Assembly (NCBI GenBank): GCA_041685735.1
Contig: JAWLFE010000007.1
Coordinates: 1,397 to 65,396, forward strand
DNA: 64,000 nt
Reading direction: 5' to 3'
Source of the DNA: Nitriliruptoraceae bacterium
GTDB lineage: Bacteria; Actinomycetota; Nitriliruptoria; Nitriliruptorales; Nitriliruptoraceae
Part shown: in pieces, positions 1 through 10,800 of the stretch
Layout of the letters: every line of letters starts with the position of its first letter
Position numbering within the stretch: the first letter of the stretch is position 1
The notes under the pieces: generated by a model
Seen by the model: only the letters and a program-made list of their open reading frames with translations
Told to the model about the DNA's origin: nothing
The model's database searches: none
Program-made: the position numbers and the translations under genes

Positions 1-506
1 ATCGCTCGGCGCGGCGCGTCGGGCAGGGTCGAGTGCTCCCACCGGATACCCGGGAAGTTCTCGATCTGCCCCCGGATCGTGGTCGTCCGCCGCCGCGACT
101 CGAAGGCCGCCGGCTGGGCCTTCGCTCGAGCACCCGTGCCGGCCTTCCAGTCGAGCAACGTCACACCCCTCCTGCCAGCGAGCATGGCCGCGACCCCCTG
201 CTCCGAGCGGATCCGTTGGTCCGCGAGCAGCCGGTGGAAGGCGTGCGGGACGAGGTCGAGCTCGAAGGCCGGTGGATACAGGGAGACGGGCGCCGTCTCC
301 GGCCCAACGAGCGGCCGTACCGAGCGCCGCTTCCGACCCTCCGGCGGTACCGCTTCCAACGCGCGTGCGACGGCAGCGTTGCCGGCGACGGCCTGGGCTG
401 CGTGGAGGATCTCCGGTGCCGTTGCCGCGCGCGTCTGCCGGGTCTGGCGTGCCTGCGAGGCTGGCACGGGAGCACGGCGGCGATCGCCGTAGCTTGGCCG
501 TGCCAT
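1..506 (-). CDS. Hypothetical protein, 5' part only (runs off the left edge). Its N-terminus carries an AGNAAV-type motif
   Basis: This ORF is not in the supplied track because it exits the window. ATG at 506 is preceded by GGGAGG about 8 nt upstream. My translation starts MARPSYGDRRRAPVPASQARQTRQTRAATAPEILHAAQAVAGNAAVARALEA... GC3 is high throughout. The listed ORFs 33..527(+), 79..492(+) and 161..568(-) are Arg/Pro-rich alternative frames. Confidence 0.55.
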   Translation of the reverse strand, partial: MARPSYGDRRRAPVPASQARQTRQTRAATAPEILHAAQAVAGNAAVARALEAVPPEGRKRRSVRPLVGPETAPVSLYPPAFELDLVPHAFHRLLADQRIRSEQGVAAMLAGRRGVTLLDWKAGTGARAKAQPAAFESRRRTTTIRGQIENFPGIRWEHSTLPDAPRRA

Positions 507-707
507 CCTGGCCGCCTCCCTGGGTGACGTCCGGTCCACCGGGGCGGGTCCCAGGTGATGCACGTCACGCACGGTTCATCGCATGGTGTCGCGCGTGCGC
601 GCGCTCGGAGCGCCTGCCTGGAACGCGACGGTTGTTACCGTATCCGGACGACTCGCCACGATGACGGTCATCGTGCCGGCGACCGTCCGACCCACCCCGA
701 GGCTCCG

Positions 708-1244
708 ATGATCGTCCGCCGCAACGTCGTCCTGCTCGGTGGTGTCGTGCTGCTCGCGGGCGTCGTGATCTACCTGCTGACGGGGGGTGAGCAGGCGGAT
801 CCCGGGCCAGGTGGTGGGTCCACCTCCATCGAGGAACCGCAGGCATCGCCCGACGAGACACCTGACGGGGACGGCCCCACCGAGGGGCCAGAGAGCACGA
901 GCGCGGCGCGGGGACCAGACGGCAACCGAACGCTGGACGGGGTCGCCGAGGAACTGCCCCCCGGGCTCATCGCCGACGATGCCAGCGACGTCGAGAGTCG
1001 GGCGGCCCGCTCAGGCGATGATTGGTCCGCCACGGTCACCTACGCATCGGAGGTCGACCGGGACGAGTTGGAGCGGATCGTCGACACAGCAGCCGCCGAT
1101 GGCGGCTTCGAGCGGCGGCAAGCGACCCTCGACGACGAACGGAAGGTCATCGTCTACGACGGCGCCGATGGGTCGATCATGACGGTGACCCTGCAGACCG
1201 ACGGGAGCCGCACGCTGCTGGCGGCCGTCCTCGTCAGTCCGTGA
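708..1244 (+). CDS. Membrane-anchored or secreted hypothetical protein
   Basis: Internal ATG at 708 with GAGG 5 nt upstream. N-terminus MIVRRNVVLLGGVVLLAGVVIYLL looks like a signal anchor, followed by a Pro/Gly/Asp-rich linker and a globular C-terminus. The part of the listed ORF upstream of 708 (from 555) is Arg/His-rich and does not look coding. Confidence 0.6.
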   Translation: MIVRRNVVLLGGVVLLAGVVIYLLTGGEQADPGPGGGSTSIEEPQASPDETPDGDGPTEGPESTSAARGPDGNRTLDGVAEELPPGLIADDASDVESRAARSGDDWSATVTYASEVDRDELERIVDTAAADGGFERRQATLDDERKVIVYDGADGSIMTVTLQTDGSRTLLAAVLVSP

Positions 1245-1313
1245 TGTCTGCAGGACCCCATCCCGCATCGCGTCGGCCCTGCTAGGTTCTGGCTGCCGTG
1301 ATGGAGGGCACCA

Positions 1314-1781
1314 GTGCGTCGTGTCGTGATGATCAGCTTGCTCGCACTGTGCGGCCTGTTCGCCATCTATCCGTCGTTGGTGTGGCTCCTGGCACGAACC
1401 TTCGATGCCGTCGACGACCGTTGGCTGCTGACGCTCGGACTGATGTCCTTCACCGTCCCGATGGCGTTGGCACTGGCCGCCGTCGTCCTCACCGTCCACG
1501 GGCTGCTCCTGAACCGGGCCTTCCAGGAGGAAGCTGCCGAGGAGTTCGAGGAACTGCGCGAACGCGAACGTGAGATGGCGACGGCCATGGCGACGGGCTC
1601 GCCCGTGGTGGGTGGTGGCGATGCACTTCCCGATGGGGCGTCGGTCTCTGCGTCCCGCGAACGCGCATCGCGGTCGAACCAGGAGCCGAAGCCTGAGCGG
1701 TCCAAGGCCGAGAAGCTCAAGCGGCGCGCCAAGTCAGCCGGGCGTCGCAAGATGCGCCAGAGCTTCCGGTGGTTCAGCTAG
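1314..1781 (+). CDS. Small membrane protein (2-3 TM segments) with a basic C-terminal tail
   Basis: GTG start. Hydrophobic N-terminal half (ISLLALCGLFAIYPSLVWLLA, LLTLGLMSFTVPMALALAAVVLTV), then a charged EE/RE segment and a Lys/Arg-rich tail. Convergent with the giant gene that ends at 1813. Confidence 0.6.
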   Translation: MRRVVMISLLALCGLFAIYPSLVWLLARTFDAVDDRWLLTLGLMSFTVPMALALAAVVLTVHGLLLNRAFQEEAAEEFEELREREREMATAMATGSPVVGGGDALPDGASVSASRERASRSNQEPKPERSKAEKLKRRAKSAGRRKMRQSFRWFS

Positions 1782-1812
1782 GCCCGGGGGCTCTCATTGA
1801 TCTGCGAACCGG

Positions 1813-4800
1813 TCAGGACGGTTCGTCGTCGGGTTCGCTCTCGTCGGGCTCTGCGTCCTCGGGACCGTCGTCGGATGCGTCGCCATCCAGATCCTCGGCC
1901 TGGTCCTCCTCCACTTCCTCGCCGGCATCGCTGCCACTGAAGGAGCCCTGACTGCTGGCCGAGCTGTCCGGGTCGTCTCCATCGGATGACGACCCGGATG
2001 ACTCGGAGCCGTCGACCTGGCCGTCTTGCGTGCCATCCGACGTGCCGTCGGACGTGCCATCGGTGATCGGGCCTTCCGACGTGTCGCCGGTCGTGCCGTC
2101 AGCCGGATCACCGTCCGTGGCATCCGACGTGCTGTCAACCGAGTCCACATCGTCGCCGCCGGCGCTCCCCGGGTCCGGGCTGTCCTCGTTGTCGCTGCCA
2201 CCCTCACCGTCCGTGCCACTCCCGCCGTCCGTGCCACCCTCGCTGTCCGTGCCACCCTTGCCGTCGGTGCCACCCTCGCCGTCGGTGCCACCCTCAGCTC
2301 CGTCAGCGTCCTGCCCATCGGCCTCCTGACCGTCGAGGTCTTCGGGGTCACCCTTCTGCGTGTTCGCCTCAAGGCCTTCCTCGTCGTCCTCGCTTGGCAA
2401 TGCCGTCAGCGACACCGTGGTGCTGAAGGACTCCGCGTCGTCGGCCGGCACCTCGATCGAGGTGTCCTCGTAGCCATCGGCGAGGACCTCCCAGGTGCCC
2501 GGCTCGACGCTGCTGAAGGTGTAGACGTTGCTGTCGGGCGGTGACACCGGGGGGCCCAGCATGAGCGGGTCCTTGCTCAGGCGCACGTCCGCGTCGGTGA
2601 CCGGTTCGCCGTCGGAGGTCAGGGTGAGCTCGACCTCCTTGGTGAGCACACCGATGCCGCCGAGATCCACCTCGACCAGGGTGGTGCCACCCGGGGCCAC
2701 GTCGAGGTTGCCGCGCACGATCGCGTCCTGGCCATCCGGGACGATGTCGAGGGTGAAGCGGTTCTGCGGGAGCGAGTTGCCGTCGCCGGGAACCAGGTCC
2801 TCGAACTCGATGACGGCGGTGCCATCCCCACCGAGTTGGACGGCCCGGTCGATCCGGCCGTCGGCGTTCAGGGTCGGGAACGGGGTCTGCTCGGACAGCG
2901 ACACCGCGACGTTCTGGCCGGGCTCGCCGCCGGTGATGCTGAGGTCGATCTGTCCGAGAGCGGTCGGCAGGGTCTGGTTGAGCGCGAGCTCGACGGTGGT
3001 GTCACCGCTGAGCGCGATGTAGCGGGTGACCGGCTGCGCGTCGTAGCCGGGCGGCGGCGCGAACGTGACCGCCCAGGTCTGGCGGTTGTCCAACCCTGCG
3101 AGGGTGTAGCGACCTTCATCGTCGGTGGTCGCCGTGACCGTGCCGACGCCACTGACCGCGGTGATGGACGCGCCTTCGACCCCGGCACCCGACTCGCCAA
3201 CGACCTGTCCACTGACATCGACGGTCGTGGTTGGGAGCACGATCTCCAATTCGTTGCGCGGTGACTCCGGGCTGTCCTTGTGGATCTCGAAGGCGTCGTC
3301 GACAAGCGCGGTCTCGCCGTCACGCGTCGCGGTGATACGCCAGGTCCCCGAGCGCGCACGCAAGCGGTAGTTGGTTCCGTCCTCCTCAGCGGTCGTGCTC
3401 CGCGTCCAGAAGGACTCACCCTCACGATCGGCCTGGACACGGACCCCTTCGAGGTACACGGCTTCCGATCCTCGATACTCGACGACTCGACCCCAGAGAA
3501 CCGAGTTCTGGTCGAGCGAAATGTCGACCGTTCGCGTCGGATCGCCAACCCCTAGGGTCTCGGTCTCGACGCCGAACGCAGTGGAACTGTCTAGGTCCGG
3601 CTGATCAGCTTGGATATCCCAGGTGCCCGGCGCCAACGCCAGGACGACCGGTCCGCTGCTGGTGGTCGACCCTGAGGTGGTGTAGACAGGGTCGCTTGGC
3701 GGTGCCGGCTCGGTGCCGTCCCAGGTCGTCGTGACCTCGAACTCGGTGATCGTCGCCCCATCCGTGTCACTAGCCGTGACCTCGACCGTGATCGGGGTGG
3801 CGATCAGTGTCGTCGTGCCGAGGGCGTTGTCGCCGGTGTAGCCATCAACCTGCACGATCGTGTCGGGGTCGTACTCGCCCGCGTCGACGGTGATCGTCGT
3901 GTCCACACCCGGCGGGATGAACGCCGACCAGGTCCCATCGGTGGTGTCGACGGTCGGCCTCGACACGGGGTCGCCGCCCTGGGTGATGGTCACCGTCGCG
4001 TCCGCGGGCGGGTCGTTCCCGGTGGCGCCGGCGTAGTCCGACACCTGGACGGTCCCGCTGACCTGGGCGTAGCGCGTCAGGGTGAGTGTCTCGGCCACCT
4101 GGCCCGAGCCTGAGGAGACGGTGAGGGACTGACCCGTCTCGTCGACGTGCGGTGGATCCAGGACCGTCGCCTCGGACGTCGTCAGGGTCCAGGTATCCGG
4201 GGTCAGGGTCAGGGTCGCCTCGCCGGTGGATCCCGTGATCCCGTCGACCGTCTCCGTATCGGGCTCAGTACCGCGGGTCGCGGTCACCGTGACGCCGTCC
4301 AACGGCCCGCCACCGTCCGATGAGGTGACCGATACGACGACGTCCCGATCGGTGGGGGTCAGGGTCACGTCCTCGGTCCGCGCACCGGTGACCAAGGAGC
4401 CATCGACGTTGCGGTCCGCGGGCTCGTGATCGGTCGCCGACCAGGCCAGGTCCGTCGCCACCAGTTCCGGTGCGCCGACCTGCCAGGTGCCGTCCACCGC
4501 CGTGGTGGTGACGCCGTTGGCGCCCTGAGTGACCGCCACCTCGGCACCACCCAGCGGTAGGTCGTCGGCGCCCGAGAGGACCGTTCCGTTGATCTCGGCG
4601 AAGGCGGCGATGGGATCAGCAGGTTCGAATGCATCTGAACCCGCGGGAACGTTGAGAGCCACACCCGCGAAGTCGACGTGCGGCAACGTCAGGGTTCCAC
4701 CATCGAGCGACGACAGGGTCCAGCCACCCGGCGCCAACGCATCGTCGCCGACGAAGCGCGCCACCGCGTCGCCATCGACGATCTCGACAACCGACACGGT

Positions 4801-7800
4801 CCGGTTCGGAGTGCCGTCGCGGTCGGCCTCGATCTGGAGACCCACGAGCTCAGCCGCCCCGACCACGGAGGTCAACGTCAGCACGACATCACGGGGTTCA
4901 CCGAAGAGTTCGACCGTGAAGGCCTCGTCGATGGAGCCACCGGTGTAGGTGTTCTTGTCGATCTCCACCTCGCCGTCGGCGAAACCGTCGAGCACGAAGT
5001 TGATGAGGACCTCACGGTTGCCCTGCGTGGGAACGTCGTTGGGCAGCCAGACCTGCCACGCTCCACCGGCGACCGTTGTCTCTGGATCGATGAGGACCGG
5101 GCCATCGACCAGCACCCCATCCGGGTCGCTGACGCTCACCTGGACACCATCCAGCAGATTGTCGGACCCATCCACCACGGTGCCGGATGCGCCGAAGTAC
5201 GGCTCGAGCGTGATCGTGGCCGTGAGGGTCGCGCCATCGTTCAGCGGGACCGTCAGCGCCTCCGCACCGGGGTCAAGGTGCGGACGGACCGGGAAGTCCA
5301 GCGTCGCCGCGTCCGGAACTGTGAACTCCCACGCTCCGGGGGCCAAGCTGAACGTTGCGATCCCGCCGCTCGTCGCGGCCGTGACCGGGCCCGGACCTGG
5401 CGGGGTCTCCGGGCCGTCGTACGTGGCAACCACATCCACGCCATCGAGGTCGGTCGGGGAGATCGTGGTGACCGCCGAGCTCAGCGACACCTCGACGTCG
5501 ACCTCTTCGGCGGTCAAGGTCCGATTGACGGTCGCATCCGCATTGGGCAACAGGATGAGCGCACCATGGGACTCCGTGACGTAGCCGTCGAGCGAGAACT
5601 CGATGGTGTAGGTCTCGGTCTCGTCGGGTTCGACATCGGAGAAGCTGTAGGTGCCGCCACCGGCCGTGGTCGTCTCGAGTGGAACTCCATCCGGGGACGT
5701 CAAGATGACCTTGACACCATCCTGCGGCGACGCAGCGCCACCGTCGAAGTCGCGGGTCGAGACCGTGCCGGAGACCGTTGCCGGCTCGAACGACAGTGCC
5801 ACGTCCAGCTGCCGCGCCTCACCGGGAGCCAGGGTGATGATCTGGGACTCGGAGGCGAACCGGCGATCGTCGGCGTTGACGTCGTGGAAGAACGTCAACT
5901 CGTACTCGCCGGGGACCAGATCGGCGATGGCGTAGGAACCGGCGTCCGTTCCGTCACCAGGATCCGTGGTCGTCGTGGTGAGAGGGGTGAACCCCGCATC
6001 CTGTGTTCGGTCGATGCTGACGGTGATCTCGGTGCCTCCAGGGCCGTACATGACCTCGCCGTTCGGCCCGGACACCAGGCCGGCCACGGAGGCCGGCTCA
6101 GCCTGCAGGGTCGAGGTTCCGACGTCGGTCTCGGTATTCAGCCCGAAGGTCAGTTCCTGATCGGTGATCAGCGACTCATGGTCCAGGGACTCGAACAGCA
6201 GCTCATACCGATCGCCGACCGCCGCCACCGCCGTGCAGGTCAGCCCGCCGAACCCGTCGGGCACACATTCCTGTCCCGTCAGCGGTCCGTCGCGCGGCGG
6301 GACCTCGAAGGTCGACGGGAAGACGAACTCGCCAGGCGCCCCGCCCGGCTCCGCGACAACCGGCTGTCCGTCGGGTTCGATGACGATCGGGTCACCGTTG
6401 GCATCCCGGACGGCATCGATCAGCGTGACCGTGACCTCGCCGGTGGCCACGTCCAGTGGATCGGCGTCGTCGTTGTAGTTGATGATGCCGTTGACCGACC
6501 CGGTCACCTCACCGTAGGCATCCACAACCAGGGGGTCGACCAGCCGGTAGCCGACGGTCCCACCGTCGGTGCCGCCGAGCAGTTCCAGGTTGGTGGAGGT
6601 TGCCGTCAGGAACCCGGCCTGCTCCACGCGGAGCCGATGCAGGTAGGCGGGGAGGTCGCCGAAGAAGGAGGACGTGAACTCGCCCAGGTCCACCTCGACG
6701 AAGGTGACGAGCCCATCGCTGCACCCCGGCCCCCCGGTCGTGTCCGTGGGGACGTCACAGGTCGTGAGCGTGGCGATATCCGCGAACTGCGGCGCGGCGA
6801 AGATCGGGAACGGAGCACGCTGCAGCGTCACCTCGACACCGGACCGTGGCCCCGTTGAGTTCCCCGCAGCATCGCGGCCGAGCACCTGTCCGCGAACCAC
6901 GCCCGTCCGATCGACCTGCGTATCGGGCGCGGCGATCGTGAAGTCAGGGTCGGCGGCCGGCGGCACGGTGATCGACACGGTGCGGTCGACGATCCGGTTG
7001 AAGTCGTCCGTGTACGCGGCCTGGTCGAAATCGCCCTCGATCGAGAGCTCGAAGGCACCGGGCGTGACCGGATCCGGGAAACTGAACGACCCGTCGCTAC
7101 CAGGGGTGACCTCCTGAGGCGTGACGCCCACCCCGTCCAGCGTGACCGACAACCCGGTGAAGATGTCGGCGTTGGCGGTGACATCCAGGTCCTGCATGAA
7201 GGCTGGGATGTTCGCGTCCGCGATCGCTGGATCGAGGGTGATCGTCCCGCTCACGTTGCGTGGCAGGGCGGTCATCTCCACCTCCTCGATGATCAGCGGG
7301 CGGTTGCCGTCCGCGTCCTCCTCCGGGGTCTCGAGCTCGAAGGAGGCCTCGTCGTCCGGGGGCAGTTCCACGGGCTCGAAGCCGGGCGCGTAGATCTCAT
7401 AGCGGATCGGGCCTGGGCGGAAGAACGGGGGGATCGTGAAGTCACCGGTGGGCGTCGCGCCATCGCTGGCAAGCCAGAGGTCATCCTCCGGCTGGGTGGT
7501 CAGGTCTCCGGTGAACACCGTCGAGCGCACGACCCGTGGATCACCGACGAGGTTGCCGTCCTCGTCACGCCAGCCGAAGTCGAAGTCGCCCAGGACGGCA
7601 CAACCCGACCCAGGACAGGTGGTGGAGGTCGGGCGGAAGAACGGCGCCTGCTCGAGCTGCTCGAAGACCGAGGTGCCACGGACGCGCAGGAGCGCCCCCG
7701 GCACCGGGGTGTCGGCCTCGACCTCGTTCGCCGACCGGTAGCGCAACTCGAAGGTGACCTCCTCCGGGTTGGGTTGGAGGATGGCGTTGATGGTCCGGGT

Positions 7801-10800
7801 GTCGTTGAACTGCAGGCCGGCGATCGACTCGAAGCCCTCGGGCTGTCCGGGGCCGCGGGTGAACGTGCCGACGTTGGTGGAGATGACCAGTCGCCACTCG
7901 AACTGCGTCTCGCCCACGTCGGCGGGGATCCGATCGATCCGGTACTGCCCCCGAGCGAGCGTCGATCCCTGGTCGTCGTTGCCGCTGAGGCGAGGTGTCG
8001 GAGCGCCCTCGGGGAGCGGAAGGACGTTGCCGTCCTCGTCCACCCGTTCGAAGGTGATATCGGAACGCTCGACATCGATCGCGTCCAGGCCTTCATCGAT
8101 CGATGACGGTGCGCGCACGTTGCCCTGGACGATCGCGTACCGGCGCAGGTTGGGGTCCAGGCGGGTGGTGGAGCCGGAGTCGATGTCGACGCGGCGAACC
8201 AAGCGCTCGTGGTCCAACGGGACCGTGGTCGCACGGAAGCGCGTGTCGTCGGCGCGGTCCTCCTGGTTGGTGGGGGTCACCAGGACGAAGTTGCCGGTGC
8301 CGAAGGAACGGGTGAACTCGACATCGCCGACGGCGTCGGTCGACGCACACAGACCGTCGAGGGTCCAGTCCTGCCCGTCCAGCTCGAACGACCGCGTGCA
8401 GGCCGAAACGTCCTCGTCCAGCTCCTCCACGCGGGGCGGCGTCCGGCCGTCAGGTTCGTAGACGAACGGGTCGGGGACGACGAACACCTCAGCATCGCCC
8501 ACGACGGCGGACTGGCCCCCGGTGATCCGCAGCGCCAGGCTGCCGAGTGCCGTGATGTCGATGATGCCGGCGTCGGAGACGTCCTGAGCGGAGACGCGGA
8601 CAACCTCGGTGCGCATGTCGTAGCCGGGCGCATCGATCCGGACGGTGGCCGCGCCGGCGCGCAGCCCCGAGATGAGAAAGGCGCCCTCGGCAAGGGTCTC
8701 CGTGACGGCGTCCGGCTGGCCGTCGACGGTGATCACGGTTCCAGCTGGCGGGTCGAAGGGCTCCGATGGGTCGGCGGCGTCCCGGATCACGGCCTGGATG
8801 CGCCCGGCATCGTCCGGGACCGCGGCGGTCAGGCGCATCTGGATCGTGTCCTCGTCGGCCACCTGTGCCAGGGAGGCGGCATCCGCGTCCGGGTCGTCGG
8901 GTGGTGGCGCGGCGGCGGCATCGCCGGGCAGGGTGAGGATGTCGCCGGGTTCGGTGGCAACCTCGTAGAACTGGGAGACGTACCCGAAGCGCTCGAAGCG
9001 GACGAGGTACTCCCCGCCAGGCACACCGGAGAGCTGGAAGCTGCCATCACCGGTCGCCGAGGTGGTCCGCAGCGTCGTGTCCTCGCCGACGAGGGTGACA
9101 CCGACCCCGCCACAGGGCGCCAGCACGGCACCGCTGCGTTGCTCCGGGAACTCGGGGTCCGGGTACCGACAGCCGCCGCCCGGCGCGACCTCCTGGGTCA
9201 CCACACCCTGGACCACGGCCGTCGAGGGCCGCAGGTCGCTGACGTCGACCCGCACGTCGCCGCGGTCGACCACGACCTCCGCGGTCTGGGTCAGCCAGCC
9301 CGGAGCGGAGAAGGTCAGCTGGTAGGTGCCGAAGGTCAGGGCGGGGAAGTCGAAGGTCCCCGCCAGTTCACCCTCGGTGAGGGTCGTCGTCTCGCGTTCG
9401 GTCGGGTTGCCCTCCAGCGCGACCCGAACCCCTCCGACGCCCTCCCCGCGGTGGGTGACCCGTCCTCGGATCGTGCCGAGACCACCTTCGAGTTGGGCGT
9501 CGACCCCCGTGAGCTGCTGCCCACCGTCGAGGTCGACCGACAGGGTCGCCGTGGCGAAGCCGCGCTGCCGCACGATGACCTCGTAGGTCTGCGGCGTGGC
9601 GATCCCGGAAACCGACCAGCTGCCGACGTTGCCCTCGGTCGCCGAGGTGGCGCTGTAGATGAGATCGCCGTCGGTGATCGTGATGTCCGCTCCACCGATC
9701 GGGCTGCCACCTGTGGTGGTGACCGACCCGGACATGCTGCCGGCGGCCGGGTCGAGGAGCAGCTCGACGTCGACCTCGGGTTCCTCCTCGGACGTCGTCA
9801 CGACCCGACTCGCGACCTCGAACCCGGGCCGGGTGGCCGTGACCCGGTAGAAGGCGGGAGCGATCAGCCCATCGGCGAACCGGAAGGTCCCACGATCGTC
9901 GGTGGTCGTCTCGATCCGGTCGATCACCTGCCCGAGTGGCAGCCGGACCGAGGTCAGGGCCGCCAACCGGGTCTGGCCGTCGCCGTTCTGCGGGTCGGTG
10001 GTGCCCGCGTCCCCGAACGCGACACGCTCGATCACCACGGAGGTCCCCTCCGGGTCGGCGGGACCATCGACCGTGCCCTGCACGATGGCGTCGGTCTCGA
10101 AGCCGACACCCCGCGCGCCGATGCGATCACGCTGATCGTCACCGAAGTCGGGGGCCACCAGGAACTTGGCGAGCGGGATGTCGTCGGCGTTCATGTGCGT
10201 CGTGATCGCCACGACCGCGGATGCCCAGAGCGCCAGGACCATCACGAAGGCGACGACCTTGAGGAACAACGGCGACAGCACGGGTTGCTGCGTGAAGGAG
10301 GCGGCGGCCGTGACCGGTGCACCGTCGCTGCGCACGGAGATCAGAGCACCGTGCCGGATCTCGCGGAACCAGGACCGTCGGGTGCGCTCCACCCGGGTCG
10401 GGACCGGCAGGTCCTGGCCGGGATCGAGGGTGATCTCGTCGACGTAGAAGCTGACCTCGATGCCTTCCCCGGCACCATCGAGGCGGACGTGGATCGGGTC
10501 GGACGAGCGGTTGTGCAGGATCGTCTGCAGCTTGGCCGAACGGCGTCCCCGACTGGTCGGCGGGGTGACCTCGACGGCAACGTCCGGGCGATCGCCGACC
10601 TGCATGGTGGCGGTGACCGCCGCCTGTCGATGTGATCCGTCGGGGTCTGTGACCGTGAACCCGATGCGGCGCTCGCCGGCGTTGGCCTCGAGCGGGACCC
10701 GGATGCGCACCACCGCGGTGGCGACCTGGCCGGGGTCGAGTACGACCAGCTCGTCGGGCAGGGTGATCTGTTGGGGATCGAACCCGCTGATCGTCAACGT

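Noticed and set aside
33-568. Listed ORFs 33..527(+), 79..492(+) and 161..568(-) at the left edge
   Set aside because: All three have Arg/Pro-rich, motif-free translations. A different minus-strand frame starts at 506 and leaves the window. It has an RBS, high GC3 and a sensible sequence, so I called that one instead.
4678-10635. Long plus-strand ORFs (4678..6858 at 726 aa, 8209..10635 at 808 aa, and many smaller ones) antisense to the giant gene
   Set aside because: They are antisense or out-of-frame to a gene with clear repeated-domain structure and strong GC3 bias. Their translations are Arg/Gly/Pro/Asp-rich with no motifs. This is the usual artefact of very GC-rich DNA, which lacks stop codons in alternative frames.
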